From: Candidatus Saccharimonadota bacterium
GTDB lineage: Bacteria > Pseudomonadota > Alphaproteobacteria > Rickettsiales > Anaplasmataceae
Assembly: GCA_029715105.1 (NCBI GenBank)
Contig: CP085695.1
Location: forward strand, 1 to 32,000
Length of the DNA: 32,000 nt
Reading direction: 5' to 3'
Position numbers and translations under genes: made by a program
In this document: positions 17,839 to 26,839 of the stretch, piece by piece
Layout of the letters: every line of letters begins with the position of its first letter
Numbering within the stretch: position 1 is the first letter of the stretch
The notes under the pieces: model-generated
What the model was told of the DNA's origin: nothing
The model's database searches: none
What the model saw: only the letters and a program-made list of their open reading frames with translations

Positions 17839-19239
17839 TTATTTTTTAAAAAAAGCGTCAGTGCATGCATCACGGAAAGCTTCATTTATATCAGGATGAG
17901 AGTGGCAGATTCTGTATATATCTTCTGCTGCAGCACCGTATGCCATTGCAACTGCTGCTTCATTAATTAACATGTCTGCATATGTTCCTATAATATGTAC
18001 ACCAAGTATTGTATCAGTGATGCTACAAGTTAGCACTTTTACATATCCTATGGGGTTATCATCAATAATTCTTGCTCTTCCGTTTGCGGAAAATTGACAC
18101 TTACCAACCTTATAAGCATAGCCTGAATTTTTTAATTCATTTTCGGTTTTACCGATCGAAGAAACTATTGGATGGGTATAGATAACAGATGGTATAGTTT
18201 TATAGTCAACATGGAATGAATGACCTGTTATTATTTCTGCAACTGCTATTCCCTCTTCTTCTGCTTTGTGAGCAAGCATTATTCCACCGATTACATCACC
18301 TATAGCAAATATCCCTTTTATATTGGTTTCATATTTATTATTGACTTTAATAAAACCAAAATTATCTTTTTTTATTTTATTATCTATACCAAGATTATCG
18401 GTATATGGTTTTCGACCTATTGCAACAAGTACTTTATTTGCTTCTATGATATTTTCTTGGTTACTATCTTGAGTAGAACAAACTTTTATTACGAGAGAGC
18501 TACTATCTTTTTGATTTATTTCTTTAATTTTAGTATTAAGTAAAAATTTTATTCCTTGTTTTTGTAAGCTAGAAAGAAGGGATTTACTTAATTCTATATC
18601 TAATGTTGTGGCAATTCTATTAAGAGGTTCTATTACAATTACTTCGGATCCTAGTCTTTTCCATATAGAGGACATTTCAAGCCCTATTGGACCAGCTCCA
18701 ATTACAACAAGTTTTTTTGGTATTTCATTTAGAGATAATGCACTAGTAGACGAAATTATATTTTTTTCATCAAAATTAATCGATGATAGAGAATTAACAT
18801 CAGAACCTGTTGCAATTACTATATTTTTTGTTTTTAAGATTTTGTTCTTAACTAAAACTTTAAGATCGTTTTGATCGAAAGCAATAATTTTTCCAAGTCC
18901 ATTAATTTTAGTGATTTTATGAAGACTAAACAGATACTCTATTCCCTTTCCAAGTTCTTGAACTTTGGTATCTTTGTATTTTAACATTTTTTCTAGATCA
19001 AAATTTATTTCCTTAATTTTTATGCCAAATTTTGATAGATCATTTTTTGTATAAACATATTGGTAAGAGGAATGAAGCAAAATTTTGGATGGTATACATC
19101 CAACCCGTAAGCATGTACCACCGAAAACATTATTTTTATCTATACAGGCAACTTTCAGCCCGGATCTCGCGGCAGAAATAGCGCATTTATATCCCCCCGG
19201 ACCCCCACCTATAACAATTAGGTCATAGTAATCAGTCAT
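17839..19239 (-). CDS. lpdA: dihydrolipoyl dehydrogenase (E3)
   Basis: 466-aa ORF with IGGGPGGY, the redox disulfide GGTCLRVGCIPSK, a second dinucleotide fold VVIGAGPIGLE, and the C-terminal HSHPDINEA interface motif. Confidence 0.93.
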   Translation of the reverse strand: MTDYYDLIVIGGGPGGYKCAISAARSGLKVACIDKNNVFGGTCLRVGCIPSKILLHSSYQYVYTKNDLSKFGIKIKEINFDLEKMLKYKDTKVQELGKGIEYLFSLHKITKINGLGKIIAFDQNDLKVLVKNKILKTKNIVIATGSDVNSLSSINFDEKNIISSTSALSLNEIPKKLVVIGAGPIGLEMSSIWKRLGSEVIVIEPLNRIATTLDIELSKSLLSSLQKQGIKFLLNTKIKEINQKDSSSLVIKVCSTQDSNQENIIEANKVLVAIGRKPYTDNLGIDNKIKKDNFGFIKVNNKYETNIKGIFAIGDVIGGIMLAHKAEEEGIAVAEIITGHSFHVDYKTIPSVIYTHPIVSSIGKTENELKNSGYAYKVGKCQFSANGRARIIDDNPIGYVKVLTCSITDTILGVHIIGTYADMLINEAAVAMAYGAAAEDIYRICHSHPDINEAFRDACTDAFFKK

Positions 19240-20353
19240 AAGAAGTAAATATATTTTTTAAAGAAAAAATGCCATTTTTTTTAGTTGTGACATAAATTTT
19301 ATTTTTAGTGAACATTAGAGCATAACGAAATACATTTGGTATTTCAATTGTTTTTTTTAAATTTCCAAATCTAGGAAAGGCAAATATCAATCCTTTATTA
19401 CTTGTTATCCATAATGTGTTGGCATGTACGATTGGATCGAGCAATTGTATATTTTTTTTTATTAAATCTGAACTCCAAATTATTTCTCCGTTTTCTATTT
19501 CAATGCCGATTATTTTATTATCTTTAGTAGTTGTAAAGATTATTTTTTTTACTTTTTTAGATTCTTGTTTTTCTATATAAACAGAAGGGTTGTAATATGA
19601 TACAATATCTGACATGTTTCTTATTTTCAATTGTTTTGACCATAGAATTTTTCCTAAGTTTACGTTTATACCGTAAATATGAGAATTGTTTGTAACTATT
19701 AAGATATCATCAAATGTTTTCGGTGTAGTTGTTATATCTGTAAATTGTGTATCTAGAATGTTTGTAGTCAATTTTTGGCTCCATAGTTTTTTACCATTTT
19801 CATTAAAAGCTATTAATTCTCCATTTGAGAATGGTGCAATAATTTTATTATTAGAAATTACTGGTGATATCGAGTATAAACCTCGAATAGGATTGACATT
19901 ATTTTGATAATTCCAGGTGTAATTTCCATTTTTTATATTGAATGCATATAGGCAGTTATCAATGGTTAATAGCAATAGTTTATTGTTTATTGCTATTGCT
20001 TTTCCTCTTACTGGAGCTTTTAGTTCTTTTTCCCATTGAATTTTACCAGTTTTTTCATCCACTGAGAATAAAATGTTATTTATTATAAAAAAAACTGTTT
20101 TTTTATAATGAGATAGACTCATATTGTAGATTTTTTTATACGGAAAGTTTAATTTCCAATTTAAAATTTTCGGGTTCTCTCTTTTAAAAGAGTATAAGGT
20201 GCCATATTTGTCTACTAAAATTATATTATTTTCTACAAGAATAGGGGCGATATCACCTTGTGATAGTTTTTTATCGATTAGTGGTATTTGTTCATTTGCT
20301 GTTATGTAGTTGTTATATAACAATGATATTATCATTATAATAATTGTCTTCAT
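19232..20353 (-). CDS. bamB: PQQ-like beta-propeller repeat protein, BamB-like
   Basis: 373-aa ORF with a signal-peptide-like N-terminus and repeated G-x-x-x-W blades (GKIQWEKEL, GNYTWNYQ, GKKLWSQKL, GKILWSKQL, GEIIWSSDL), as in BamB/PQQ propellers. It overlaps the lpdA start by 8 nt. Confidence 0.6.
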   Translation of the reverse strand: MKTIIIMIISLLYNNYITANEQIPLIDKKLSQGDIAPILVENNIILVDKYGTLYSFKRENPKILNWKLNFPYKKIYNMSLSHYKKTVFFIINNILFSVDEKTGKIQWEKELKAPVRGKAIAINNKLLLLTIDNCLYAFNIKNGNYTWNYQNNVNPIRGLYSISPVISNNKIIAPFSNGELIAFNENGKKLWSQKLTTNILDTQFTDITTTPKTFDDILIVTNNSHIYGINVNLGKILWSKQLKIRNMSDIVSYYNPSVYIEKQESKKVKKIIFTTTKDNKIIGIEIENGEIIWSSDLIKKNIQLLDPIVHANTLWITSNKGLIFAFPRFGNLKKTIEIPNVFRYALMFTKNKIYVTTKKNGIFSLKNIFTSYD

Positions 20354-20476
20354 TATATTATGATGAAATATTATAAAACAAGATCTATGAAATATATAAG
20401 GTTGGAGTATTATAATTACAATTAAAATGTGTTTTGTTTATATTATTTAATATAATAATATGTGAATAAAAGCGCG

Positions 20477-22861
20477 CTAAACATCGACTTCATATACGTT
20501 TAGTGCATTAGTATTTATAAAATTACGGCGTGGTTCGACTATGTTGCCCATTAATATTGAGAATATGGAATCAGCTTCTTTGCAATCATTAATTTCTACT
20601 TTAAGTAAAGTTCTAGTTTCTGGATTAAGTGTAGTTTCCCAAAGTTGGTCAGCATTCATTTCGCCAAGACCCTTAAATCTCTGAAGAGTTAAACCTCTCT
20701 TACCATAATCTATTATTGTTTTTACAAGTGTATTTGGAGATTTAATTTTTATTTTAGTTTTTTGCACTTGTAAAAATGAATCACCGTTAAATAAGCTAAT
20801 TATATCATCAAAAGAACTTAGTATATTTTGTATTTCTTTATTTTCAAGCATGTTAAGTGGGAATATATATTTATCTGTTAATCCCTGGAATGATTTAGAA
20901 ATATATAATTTTTTATCTTCTATTTTCACTTTCCAAGTGTATTCACTGTACACTAATTTTAAATATTTTAATATTTTATCTGAGGATGATAAGAAATTTT
21001 TTTTACCTAAAATTAGTAGTGATTCTAATAGGTTTTGCGGTATTTCTCTGTTATAGTTTTTACTAATATTTGAAATATTAAGACATTTGTTTAAAACGGA
21101 GCGTAGATCTTTGTTCGTATCACTTAGTACTATTTTTTTTATTGCGGAATTTATTATGTACTTTTCAAATGTTTCATTATCTTTAATATAAGTATCCTTA
21201 GAATTCTTTGTAATTTTATAAAGAGGTGGCTGTGCTATATACAGATAGCCCTTTTCGATTATTTCACGCATGTGACGGAAAAAGAAAGTTAGAATTAAAG
21301 TTCTTATGTGTGAACCGTCAACATCTGCATCTGTCATAATAATAATTTTATGATACTTAATTTTCTTAATATCAAAGTTTTCTCTTCCTATTCCAGCACC
21401 AATTGCTGTAATTAAAGAGCAAATTTCTGAAGATGAGAAAATTCGATTTAAACTTACACGTTCTACATTTAGAATTTTTCCCATTAAAGCAAGTACTGCT
21501 TGTGTTTTACGATTACGTCCTTGTTTAGCTGTGCCACCTGCAGAGTTACCTTCTACTATAAATAATTCTGATAATTCAGGAATTTTTTCTTGACAATCAG
21601 CAAGTTTTCCAGGTAGTACAAGAGCGTCAATAGTATTTCTGTTTTTAACTAGCTCTCGTGCCTTTTTTGCGGCTTCTCTCCCTTTTGCTGACTTGATGAC
21701 TCTTTCTACTATACTAGTTGCTAATCTTGGATTGGTTTCAAGTAATGTGTTTAGTTTACTAGAGACTATGTTTTCTACAATTGTTCGTGCTTCAGAGCTT
21801 ACTAATTTATCTTTTGTTTGTGAGGAAAACTTGGGATTAGGCATTTTAAGAGATAAAACGCATGTTAATCCTTCTCTGATATCTTCTCCAATTAAGTTGA
21901 CTTTTGCTTTTTTTAAAAAACCTTCATTAGTTGCATAATTATTAATACATCTAGTTAAAGCAGATCTAAATCCTGCTAAATGAGTACCACCATCTTGTTG
22001 TTTTACATTATTTGTAAAACATAACATATTTTCATAACACGAATCGTTCCATTCCATTGATACTTCTATGCTAATATTACGATTTTCTGTATCATTACCT
22101 TTAATGGTGGCAATATTTGTAACATGTGTTTTATTCTTATCTAAAAATTGTACAAAGTCTGCAGTGCCATAATTGTTTAGAGATCGTTTGTTATAATCAA
22201 AATTAGATTCTATGTGTGGTTTATTGCGGAGATCACGTAAAGTTATTTCAATATTTGAGTTTAAAAATGCTAATTCTCTAATACGGTTTTCAAGAATGGA
22301 ATAATTAAAATTTGTTCTACTGAAAATTTCTATTGATGGCATAAACGTTACCATGGTTCCTCTTTTATTATTATGTAAGTTTTTGTTTACTATCTTTAGG
22401 GGTTCAATAGATTTACCATTTTCAAAACGAATAAAATATTCTTTTTTATTGCGCCAAATAGTTAATTCTAGCCATTTGGATAATGCATTTACAACAGAAA
22501 CTCCAACACCATGTAATCCGCCGGAAATTTTGTAGGTATTATTATCAAATTTTCCGCCTGAATGTAATTGGGTCATTATTACTTCTGCTGCTGATATTCC
22601 TACTTCTTCGTGAATATCAGTTGGAATACCACGGCCATTATCGATTACAGACACAGAGCCGTCTCTATTTAAATTAATCTCAATTTTATTACAATACCCA
22701 GCTAAAGATTCATCTATTGCGTTATCTATAACCTCATATATCATATGGTGTAGGCCTGATCCATCATCAGTATTACCAATATACATATCTGGGCGTTTTT
22801 TTACTGCCTCGAGTCCTTTTAAGATTTTTATTGCGTCAGCATTATAATAGTTATTTTCCAT
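20477..22861 (-). CDS. gyrB: DNA gyrase subunit B
   Basis: 794-aa ORF. GHKL ATPase N-terminus (YEVIDNAIDE, GGLHGVGVSVVNALS), Toprim region (ELFIVEGNSAGG, IMTDADVDGSHI) and GyrB tail (RFKGLGEMNADQLWETT). Confidence 0.97.
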   Translation of the reverse strand: MENNYYNADAIKILKGLEAVKKRPDMYIGNTDDGSGLHHMIYEVIDNAIDESLAGYCNKIEINLNRDGSVSVIDNGRGIPTDIHEEVGISAAEVIMTQLHSGGKFDNNTYKISGGLHGVGVSVVNALSKWLELTIWRNKKEYFIRFENGKSIEPLKIVNKNLHNNKRGTMVTFMPSIEIFSRTNFNYSILENRIRELAFLNSNIEITLRDLRNKPHIESNFDYNKRSLNNYGTADFVQFLDKNKTHVTNIATIKGNDTENRNISIEVSMEWNDSCYENMLCFTNNVKQQDGGTHLAGFRSALTRCINNYATNEGFLKKAKVNLIGEDIREGLTCVLSLKMPNPKFSSQTKDKLVSSEARTIVENIVSSKLNTLLETNPRLATSIVERVIKSAKGREAAKKARELVKNRNTIDALVLPGKLADCQEKIPELSELFIVEGNSAGGTAKQGRNRKTQAVLALMGKILNVERVSLNRIFSSSEICSLITAIGAGIGRENFDIKKIKYHKIIIMTDADVDGSHIRTLILTFFFRHMREIIEKGYLYIAQPPLYKITKNSKDTYIKDNETFEKYIINSAIKKIVLSDTNKDLRSVLNKCLNISNISKNYNREIPQNLLESLLILGKKNFLSSSDKILKYLKLVYSEYTWKVKIEDKKLYISKSFQGLTDKYIFPLNMLENKEIQNILSSFDDIISLFNGDSFLQVQKTKIKIKSPNTLVKTIIDYGKRGLTLQRFKGLGEMNADQLWETTLNPETRTLLKVEINDCKEADSIFSILMGNIVEPRRNFINTNALNVYEVDV

Positions 22862-23056
22862 GCAGTTATATATTAAATAGTTTAATACTACATTTGTATA
22901 TCCCGATTAGCAATATTTTAAATAAATTATGAAAGTTATTTAGTAGCATTAATAATTTTTGTTGTTTTATTTTATAGTGTAATTACATATTTTATTTTGA
23001 TTTTGAGATTTTAATTTGTGCATCCATTTTATGGAAGTAGAGTTTATAGATTTTAT

Positions 23057-23575
23057 TTAGTAGGGGGAGGTTTGATTATTTAAATTTAATTTTGTAAGAT
23101 TAGGTTTTTCTTTTATTTTTTTTGTTTGTTTTTCTCTCCATTTTTTTAATCTATTTGCGATTTTGTTGTCCGAAATTGATAATATAGATGCAGCGGTTAT
23201 AGCGGCATTATATGCTCCATTTTTCCCTATGGACATTGTTGCAACTGGTACACCTTTTGGCATTTGTACTATAGATAGTAAGCTATCTAATCCATTTAAT
23301 TGTTTTCTATATATAGGAACACCAATAACAGGCAGATGAGTGAGAGACGCTACCATGCCAGGTAAATGGGCTGCCCCCCCTGCACCGGCTATAATAACTT
23401 TGAATTTTTTGCTTTGTGCAGATTTAGCAAAATTGAATAGCCTTTCTGGAGTTCTATGTGCAGATATTATAAATACATCATGCGAAATCATTAGGTTTTT
23501 TAATATATCAATAGAACAAGACATAGTACTATAGTCTGATTCACTTCCCATGATTACAGCAACATTTTTTTTCAT
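23057..23575 (-). CDS. purE: N5-carboxyaminoimidazole ribonucleotide mutase
   Basis: 172-aa ORF with [35 protein letters not shown] and PVIGVP, typical of class I PurE. Confidence 0.93.
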   Translation of the reverse strand: MKKNVAVIMGSESDYSTMSCSIDILKNLMISHDVFIISAHRTPERLFNFAKSAQSKKFKVIIAGAGGAAHLPGMVASLTHLPVIGVPIYRKQLNGLDSLLSIVQMPKGVPVATMSIGKNGAYNAAITAASILSISDNKIANRLKKWREKQTKKIKEKPNLTKLNLNNQTSPY

Positions 23576-24003
23576 TTTAAAATATAAAGTAGTATTGATA
23601 ATAATAATAGTATAAAATAGTTTTGTAAAAGTTACTCAAATAAGTGATATTTAGAAATATAAAAGCAATAAGAATATTTTTATTGGCCCCTATCTGTTTT
23701 GTTTTTATTGTTCCTACTAGTGTTTATATTAAGTTTATAGCAAAATAAAAATATTTGCAGTGTAAATAAAATATTAAATTTTTTTATTATAAATATTTAA
23801 GTAATTAATGGTTATGTTGTTTTATAATATTAAGTAGATTTATTTAAATAATAAAAATTTGGGAGTAATTGATATATTGGCTTAAGTTTTGAGTGTTAAA
23901 ATGTTAATATTATTTTGTGCTATTCTTTAATTCTTAAGAAAGTAAATTTATATTGTAACTTGAGAATTTTAATGATTATAAAGATTATACATAGAAAGGT
24001 TTT

Positions 24004-24276
24004 ATGAAAGTAGTAACGATATCATTAGATGGTACTTTGTGTTTTGTGGAGATAAAAAAGAGATTACTTAGTGTAATTAGTGAGTTTATAATAGCAAAAT
24101 GTTGGACTCAGGCTCGTGCGGCAGAAGAATTAGGAGTTGATCAGCCAAAGATATCGCAAATTAAAAATAGTAAGGTGGATGGGTTTTCTTTGGAGAGATT
24201 ATTAGGATTTCTCAAAAAATTAGGTTTTAAAATAACAATTATAATTACGGAGAATGGAATAAAGATAAGTGGATAG
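24004..24276 (+). CDS. small XRE-family helix-turn-helix DNA-binding protein (HTH_37 / antitoxin-like architecture)
   Basis: 90-aa ORF with a GAAAGG Shine-Dalgarno 4-5 nt upstream and an in-frame stop at 23992 that fixes the start. The core WTQARAAEELGVDQPKISQIKNSKVDGFSLERLLGFLKKLGFKITI matches the XRE HTH pattern (TQ..AA..LGV.QP.IS....GK...FSLE.L...L..LG..V.I). Confidence 0.75.
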   Translation: MKVVTISLDGTLCFVEIKKRLLSVISEFIIAKCWTQARAAEELGVDQPKISQIKNSKVDGFSLERLLGFLKKLGFKITIIITENGIKISG

Positions 24277-24327
24277 GATAAAATACTAAAATAGTAGAAT
24301 TTTAAAAAGAGAAACGAATACGAAAAG

Positions 24328-24355
24328 TTGACCTTTGATAGGGATATGATATTTT
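24328..24355 (+). promoter_or_regulatory. candidate sigma-70 promoter for rpoZ (and possibly the mrp genes)
   Basis: TTGACC (24328-24333), a 16-nt spacer, then TATTTT (24350-24355) preceded by TG at 24347-24348 (extended -10 form TGnTAnnnT). It lies about 35 nt upstream of the GTG at 24390. Confidence 0.3.
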
Positions 24356-24389
24356 ATTCTTATATTACACATTTATTGAGGTGAAATTT

Positions 24390-24821
24390 GTGGCTGAGTC
24401 TATTATAGAGAAATGTACTGAGTATATAAATAATCGTTTCAAATTGGTTTTGTTAGCGAGTCAGAGGACACGTGATTTAAATACAGGGGTGGGTAATCCT
24501 GTTGAGGCGATTAGGTTTAAGTATCATAAAAATACTGTTATTTCTTTGTGCGAAATAGCAGAGGGACAAGTAGATATTTATGAATTATTTAGTTTTTTAG
24601 TAAATAGATGTAGAGAATATATGAGAGGAAATATTGGTAGTGGTGTATATAGTGGTAGTAGCAAAAAGTTAGAAAGGCTTCTAGATTTTTCTGGTTCTGA
24701 TAATAAGTTTGATTCAGATTCTAGTTTTAGTCATGGATTTATTGATATTCGGAAACATGATATAGAGACTGAGATTAATGATCAAAATAAAAATAGTAAG
24801 AATATAGAGGAGAGAAAATAA
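24390..24821 (+). CDS. rpoZ: DNA-directed RNA polymerase subunit omega (with long C-terminal tail)
   Basis: The track ORF starts at GTG 24381. The in-frame GTG at 24390 is preceded by GAGGTG (24378-24383) at 6-nt spacing. It gives MAESIIEKCTEYINNRFKLVLLASQRTRDL, collinear with the alphaproteobacterial omega N-terminus (MARVTVEDC...NRFELVLLAA.RAR). Confidence 0.88.
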   Translation: MAESIIEKCTEYINNRFKLVLLASQRTRDLNTGVGNPVEAIRFKYHKNTVISLCEIAEGQVDIYELFSFLVNRCREYMRGNIGSGVYSGSSKKLERLLDFSGSDNKFDSDSSFSHGFIDIRKHDIETEINDQNKNSKNIEERK

Positions 24822-24859
24822 GCTTAACAATAATTAGAAACTGGTGTGTAGGTGAGATT

Positions 24860-25126
24860 TTGTTTGTGAGAGTAGGAATGATAGTTCAAGTTGCTATTTG
24901 TGTGTTGTTACTTTGTATTGTTGTGATGATATTTAGTATAGTGTATGGATTAAGGGGTGTTTATGACAAGATGTTAGCGTTTAATAATTTTTCGACGCAG
25001 GTAGTTTTACTCATAGTAGCAGTATCGATTATTACAAATAGTTTTTTTTTGCTTGATATAGCACTCTTATATGCTAGTATTAGCTTTGTATCAGTTATTG
25101 CATTAATGAGATTAGTATTGTTTTGA
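24860..25126 (+). CDS. mrpF: Mrp/Mnh cation:proton antiporter subunit F
   Basis: 88-aa ORF with three TM segments. GLRGVYDKMLAFNNFSTQVV...LLDIALLYASISFVSVIAL fits the MrpF/MnhF/PhaF pattern. The start is uncertain: TTG 24860, GTG 24866 or ATG 24878. Confidence 0.75.
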   Translation: MFVRVGMIVQVAICVLLLCIVVMIFSIVYGLRGVYDKMLAFNNFSTQVVLLIVAVSIITNSFFLLDIALLYASISFVSVIALMRLVLF

Positions 25127-25419
25127 GAATTTTTATGATTGGATTTATTTTCATATTTTTGGGCATTTGTTTTATAGTTATTTCAACTATGGGTATGATT
25201 AGATTTCAGGATTTTTATACTAGATTGCAGGCAGTAAGTATGACAGATTCTGCGGGTGCGTTATTATTATTGATTGGTTTTATTTTACAAAATAAATTTT
25301 CAATTAGTACTATTAAAATGATTTTACTGATTTTTATAATATGGATGATTAACTCGACCAATAGCTATATTCTAGCGCATACTTATTATAGAGTGAATAT
25401 GAAAAAGAGCAAAAGTTAG
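25123..25419 (+). CDS. mrpG: Mrp/Mnh cation:proton antiporter subunit G
   Basis: 98-aa membrane ORF. MGMIRFQDFYTRLQAVSMTDSAGALLLLIG matches the MnhG signature (G..RFPD.Y.R.HA..K....G). The TTG start overlaps the mrpF stop (TTGA), with an alternative ATG at 25135. Confidence 0.78.
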   Translation: MRIFMIGFIFIFLGICFIVISTMGMIRFQDFYTRLQAVSMTDSAGALLLLIGFILQNKFSISTIKMILLIFIIWMINSTNSYILAHTYYRVNMKKSKS

Positions 25420-25420
25420 C

Positions 25421-25957
25421 ATGTTAGAGATATTAAATGCGGCATTGCTTTTTTTATTGCTTGTAGTCACTGTTTCCATAATTTTTTCAAAACACTTAAT
25501 TGCAAGTGGGATTTTGATGTGTGTATTTAGTTCGCTTGTTACACTTTTGTATTTGATTATGAATGCACCTGATGTTGCGCTTACTGAAGCTTCAGTAGGT
25601 GCCGGATTAAGTACAGTTTTTATGTTTGCTGCGCTTTCCTTGATAAGGGAACATAAAGTGAATTTATCTTGTAATCCTGTAATATTATGTTTTGTTTTGC
25701 TTTTGATTGTATTTTTATCGTATTTTATCATTGAGTTACCGAATTTTGGTAGTTATAGTGCTCCAATTCATTGGCACGTTGCTCCTTTTTATATAGAAAA
25801 TACTAAAAGAGCTGTTGGTATATCTAATGTTGTTACTGCTATTTTAGCAAGTTTTCGTGGTTATGATACGTTTGGAGAAACTATAGTAATTTTTACTGCG
25901 GCACTTTGTGTGACATTAATATTAAAAAAAGAAAAGGAAAAAAAAGAGGATGATTAA
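25421..25957 (+). CDS. MrpA C-terminal-like / MbhD-MbhE-like (DUF4040) antiporter subunit
   Basis: 178-aa membrane ORF starting 1 nt after the mrpG stop. NAPDVALTEASVGAGLSTV is typical of DUF4040, and NVVTAILASFRGYDTFGETIVIFTAAL is typical of the MnhB N-terminal part. Confidence 0.72.
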   Translation: MLEILNAALLFLLLVVTVSIIFSKHLIASGILMCVFSSLVTLLYLIMNAPDVALTEASVGAGLSTVFMFAALSLIREHKVNLSCNPVILCFVLLLIVFLSYFIIELPNFGSYSAPIHWHVAPFYIENTKRAVGISNVVTAILASFRGYDTFGETIVIFTAALCVTLILKKEKEKKEDD

Positions 25958-26372
25958 AGATCCTGTATTGAATGTGTTATCATTTTTAATGATACCTTTT
26001 ATCATCATATTTGCCTTATATATACAGTTTCACGGGGACTATATCCCAGGTGGGGGATTTCAGGCTGGAATAATTATTACCACAGGAATAGTGTTATATT
26101 CAATGTTGTTTGGTATATTTTCAACTTTAAAAGTGATACCATATTTTATGATTAAGTTTGTTAATATGTTGGGTATCTTAATTTATGGGGGAGTTGGTAT
26201 TATAACAGTTTTATTCGGCAAAAATTTTTTGTCTTATGATGTATTATTAAGTAACGGTATTCTTAGTCAAAAGTTTGGTATTTTTTTAGTGGAATTAGGG
26301 ACGATGTTAACTGTATTTTCTTCTATGTTAATAATATATATAAGCTTTACTTGTAGTAGAAATGATGATTAA
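25950..26372 (+). CDS. mrpB: Mrp/Mnh cation:proton antiporter subunit B
   Basis: 140-aa membrane ORF with an 8-nt overlap with the upstream gene. It carries the MnhB hallmark HGDYIPGGGFQAGII. Confidence 0.82.
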   Translation: MIKDPVLNVLSFLMIPFIIIFALYIQFHGDYIPGGGFQAGIIITTGIVLYSMLFGIFSTLKVIPYFMIKFVNMLGILIYGGVGIITVLFGKNFLSYDVLLSNGILSQKFGIFLVELGTMLTVFSSMLIIYISFTCSRNDD

Positions 26373-26709
26373 TTATAATAATTATGTAGTTATCATTGTA
26401 TTAATGGTATTAGGTTTATACATTAGTATAAGTGATAAAAATCTGATCAAGAAAATGATAGGAGTAAATGTTTTACAAACATCTGTTTTATTGTTTTATA
26501 TATCTTTGGGGTATATAAAAAGTTCTTCTCCTCCTATACTAGTTTCAAATTTTTGTTTATACAGTAATCCTGTGCCGCATGTTTTAGTACTTACTGCAAT
26601 AGTAGTTGGAATTGCAACGTTTTCGGTTGGATTGTCTTTAACAGTAAAAATAGAGGAAAAATATGGAACAATTAATCAAGATTATATAATAGGAGATATT
26701 AAACATTAA
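26362..26709 (+). CDS. mrpC: Mrp/Mnh cation:proton antiporter subunit C (NuoK-like)
   Basis: 115-aa ORF with three TM segments and an 11-nt overlap with mrpB. NLIKKMIGVNVLQTSVLLFYISLG and VPHVLVLTAIVVGIATFSVGLSL fit MnhC. Confidence 0.8.
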   Translation: MMINYNNYVVIIVLMVLGLYISISDKNLIKKMIGVNVLQTSVLLFYISLGYIKSSSPPILVSNFCLYSNPVPHVLVLTAIVVGIATFSVGLSLTVKIEEKYGTINQDYIIGDIKH

Positions 26710-26839
26710 TAATATTGTTATTTTAATAAAATTAATTAGTACATTTTATAGGTATAATTAAGAATTTATCGGGGGGTTTATTGTAAGTAAATTCGTTTAT
26801 AAATTAAGGTTTATAGTTAAGATTAAGAGGGGGTGATGA

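Noticed and set aside
20471-20478. The AGCGCGCT palindrome followed by TTTTATT on the minus strand at the gyrB stop codon, considered as a possible terminator.
   Set aside because: Eight self-complementary nucleotides cannot form a hairpin with a viable loop. It is noted only as an unusual G:C island.
20532-20539. The word GGTTCGAC, which resembles a tRNA T-arm.
   Set aside because: It lies inside the gyrB coding sequence (encoding VEPRR on the opposite strand), and there is no cloverleaf context. I found no tRNA-like G+C-rich island in any spacer.
23576-24003. A possible decayed toxin gene upstream of the XRE/HTH gene.
   Set aside because: All three forward frames are dense with stops, and I recognise no RelE/HigB/Gp49-like motif by eye. 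It is kept only as a search suggestion, not as a pseudogene call.
2173-25731. Twenty track ORFs of 60-119 aa lying antisense to, or out of frame within, the large genes. On the minus strand: 2173-2463, 3777-3992, 5359-5547, 13461-13676, 14014-14316, 16188-16379 and 25372-25731. On the plus strand: 2730-2966, 2988-3176, 3092-3322, 9905-10147, 10039-10227, 18220-18543, 18608-18874, 19686-19907, 20850-21056, 21693-21938, 22353-22535, 22483-22677 and 23340-23534.
   Set aside because: Each is fully or largely embedded in a strongly supported conserved gene on the other strand or in another frame. They have low-complexity I/F/L/K/N-rich sequence with no recognisable motifs. They are shadow ORFs.
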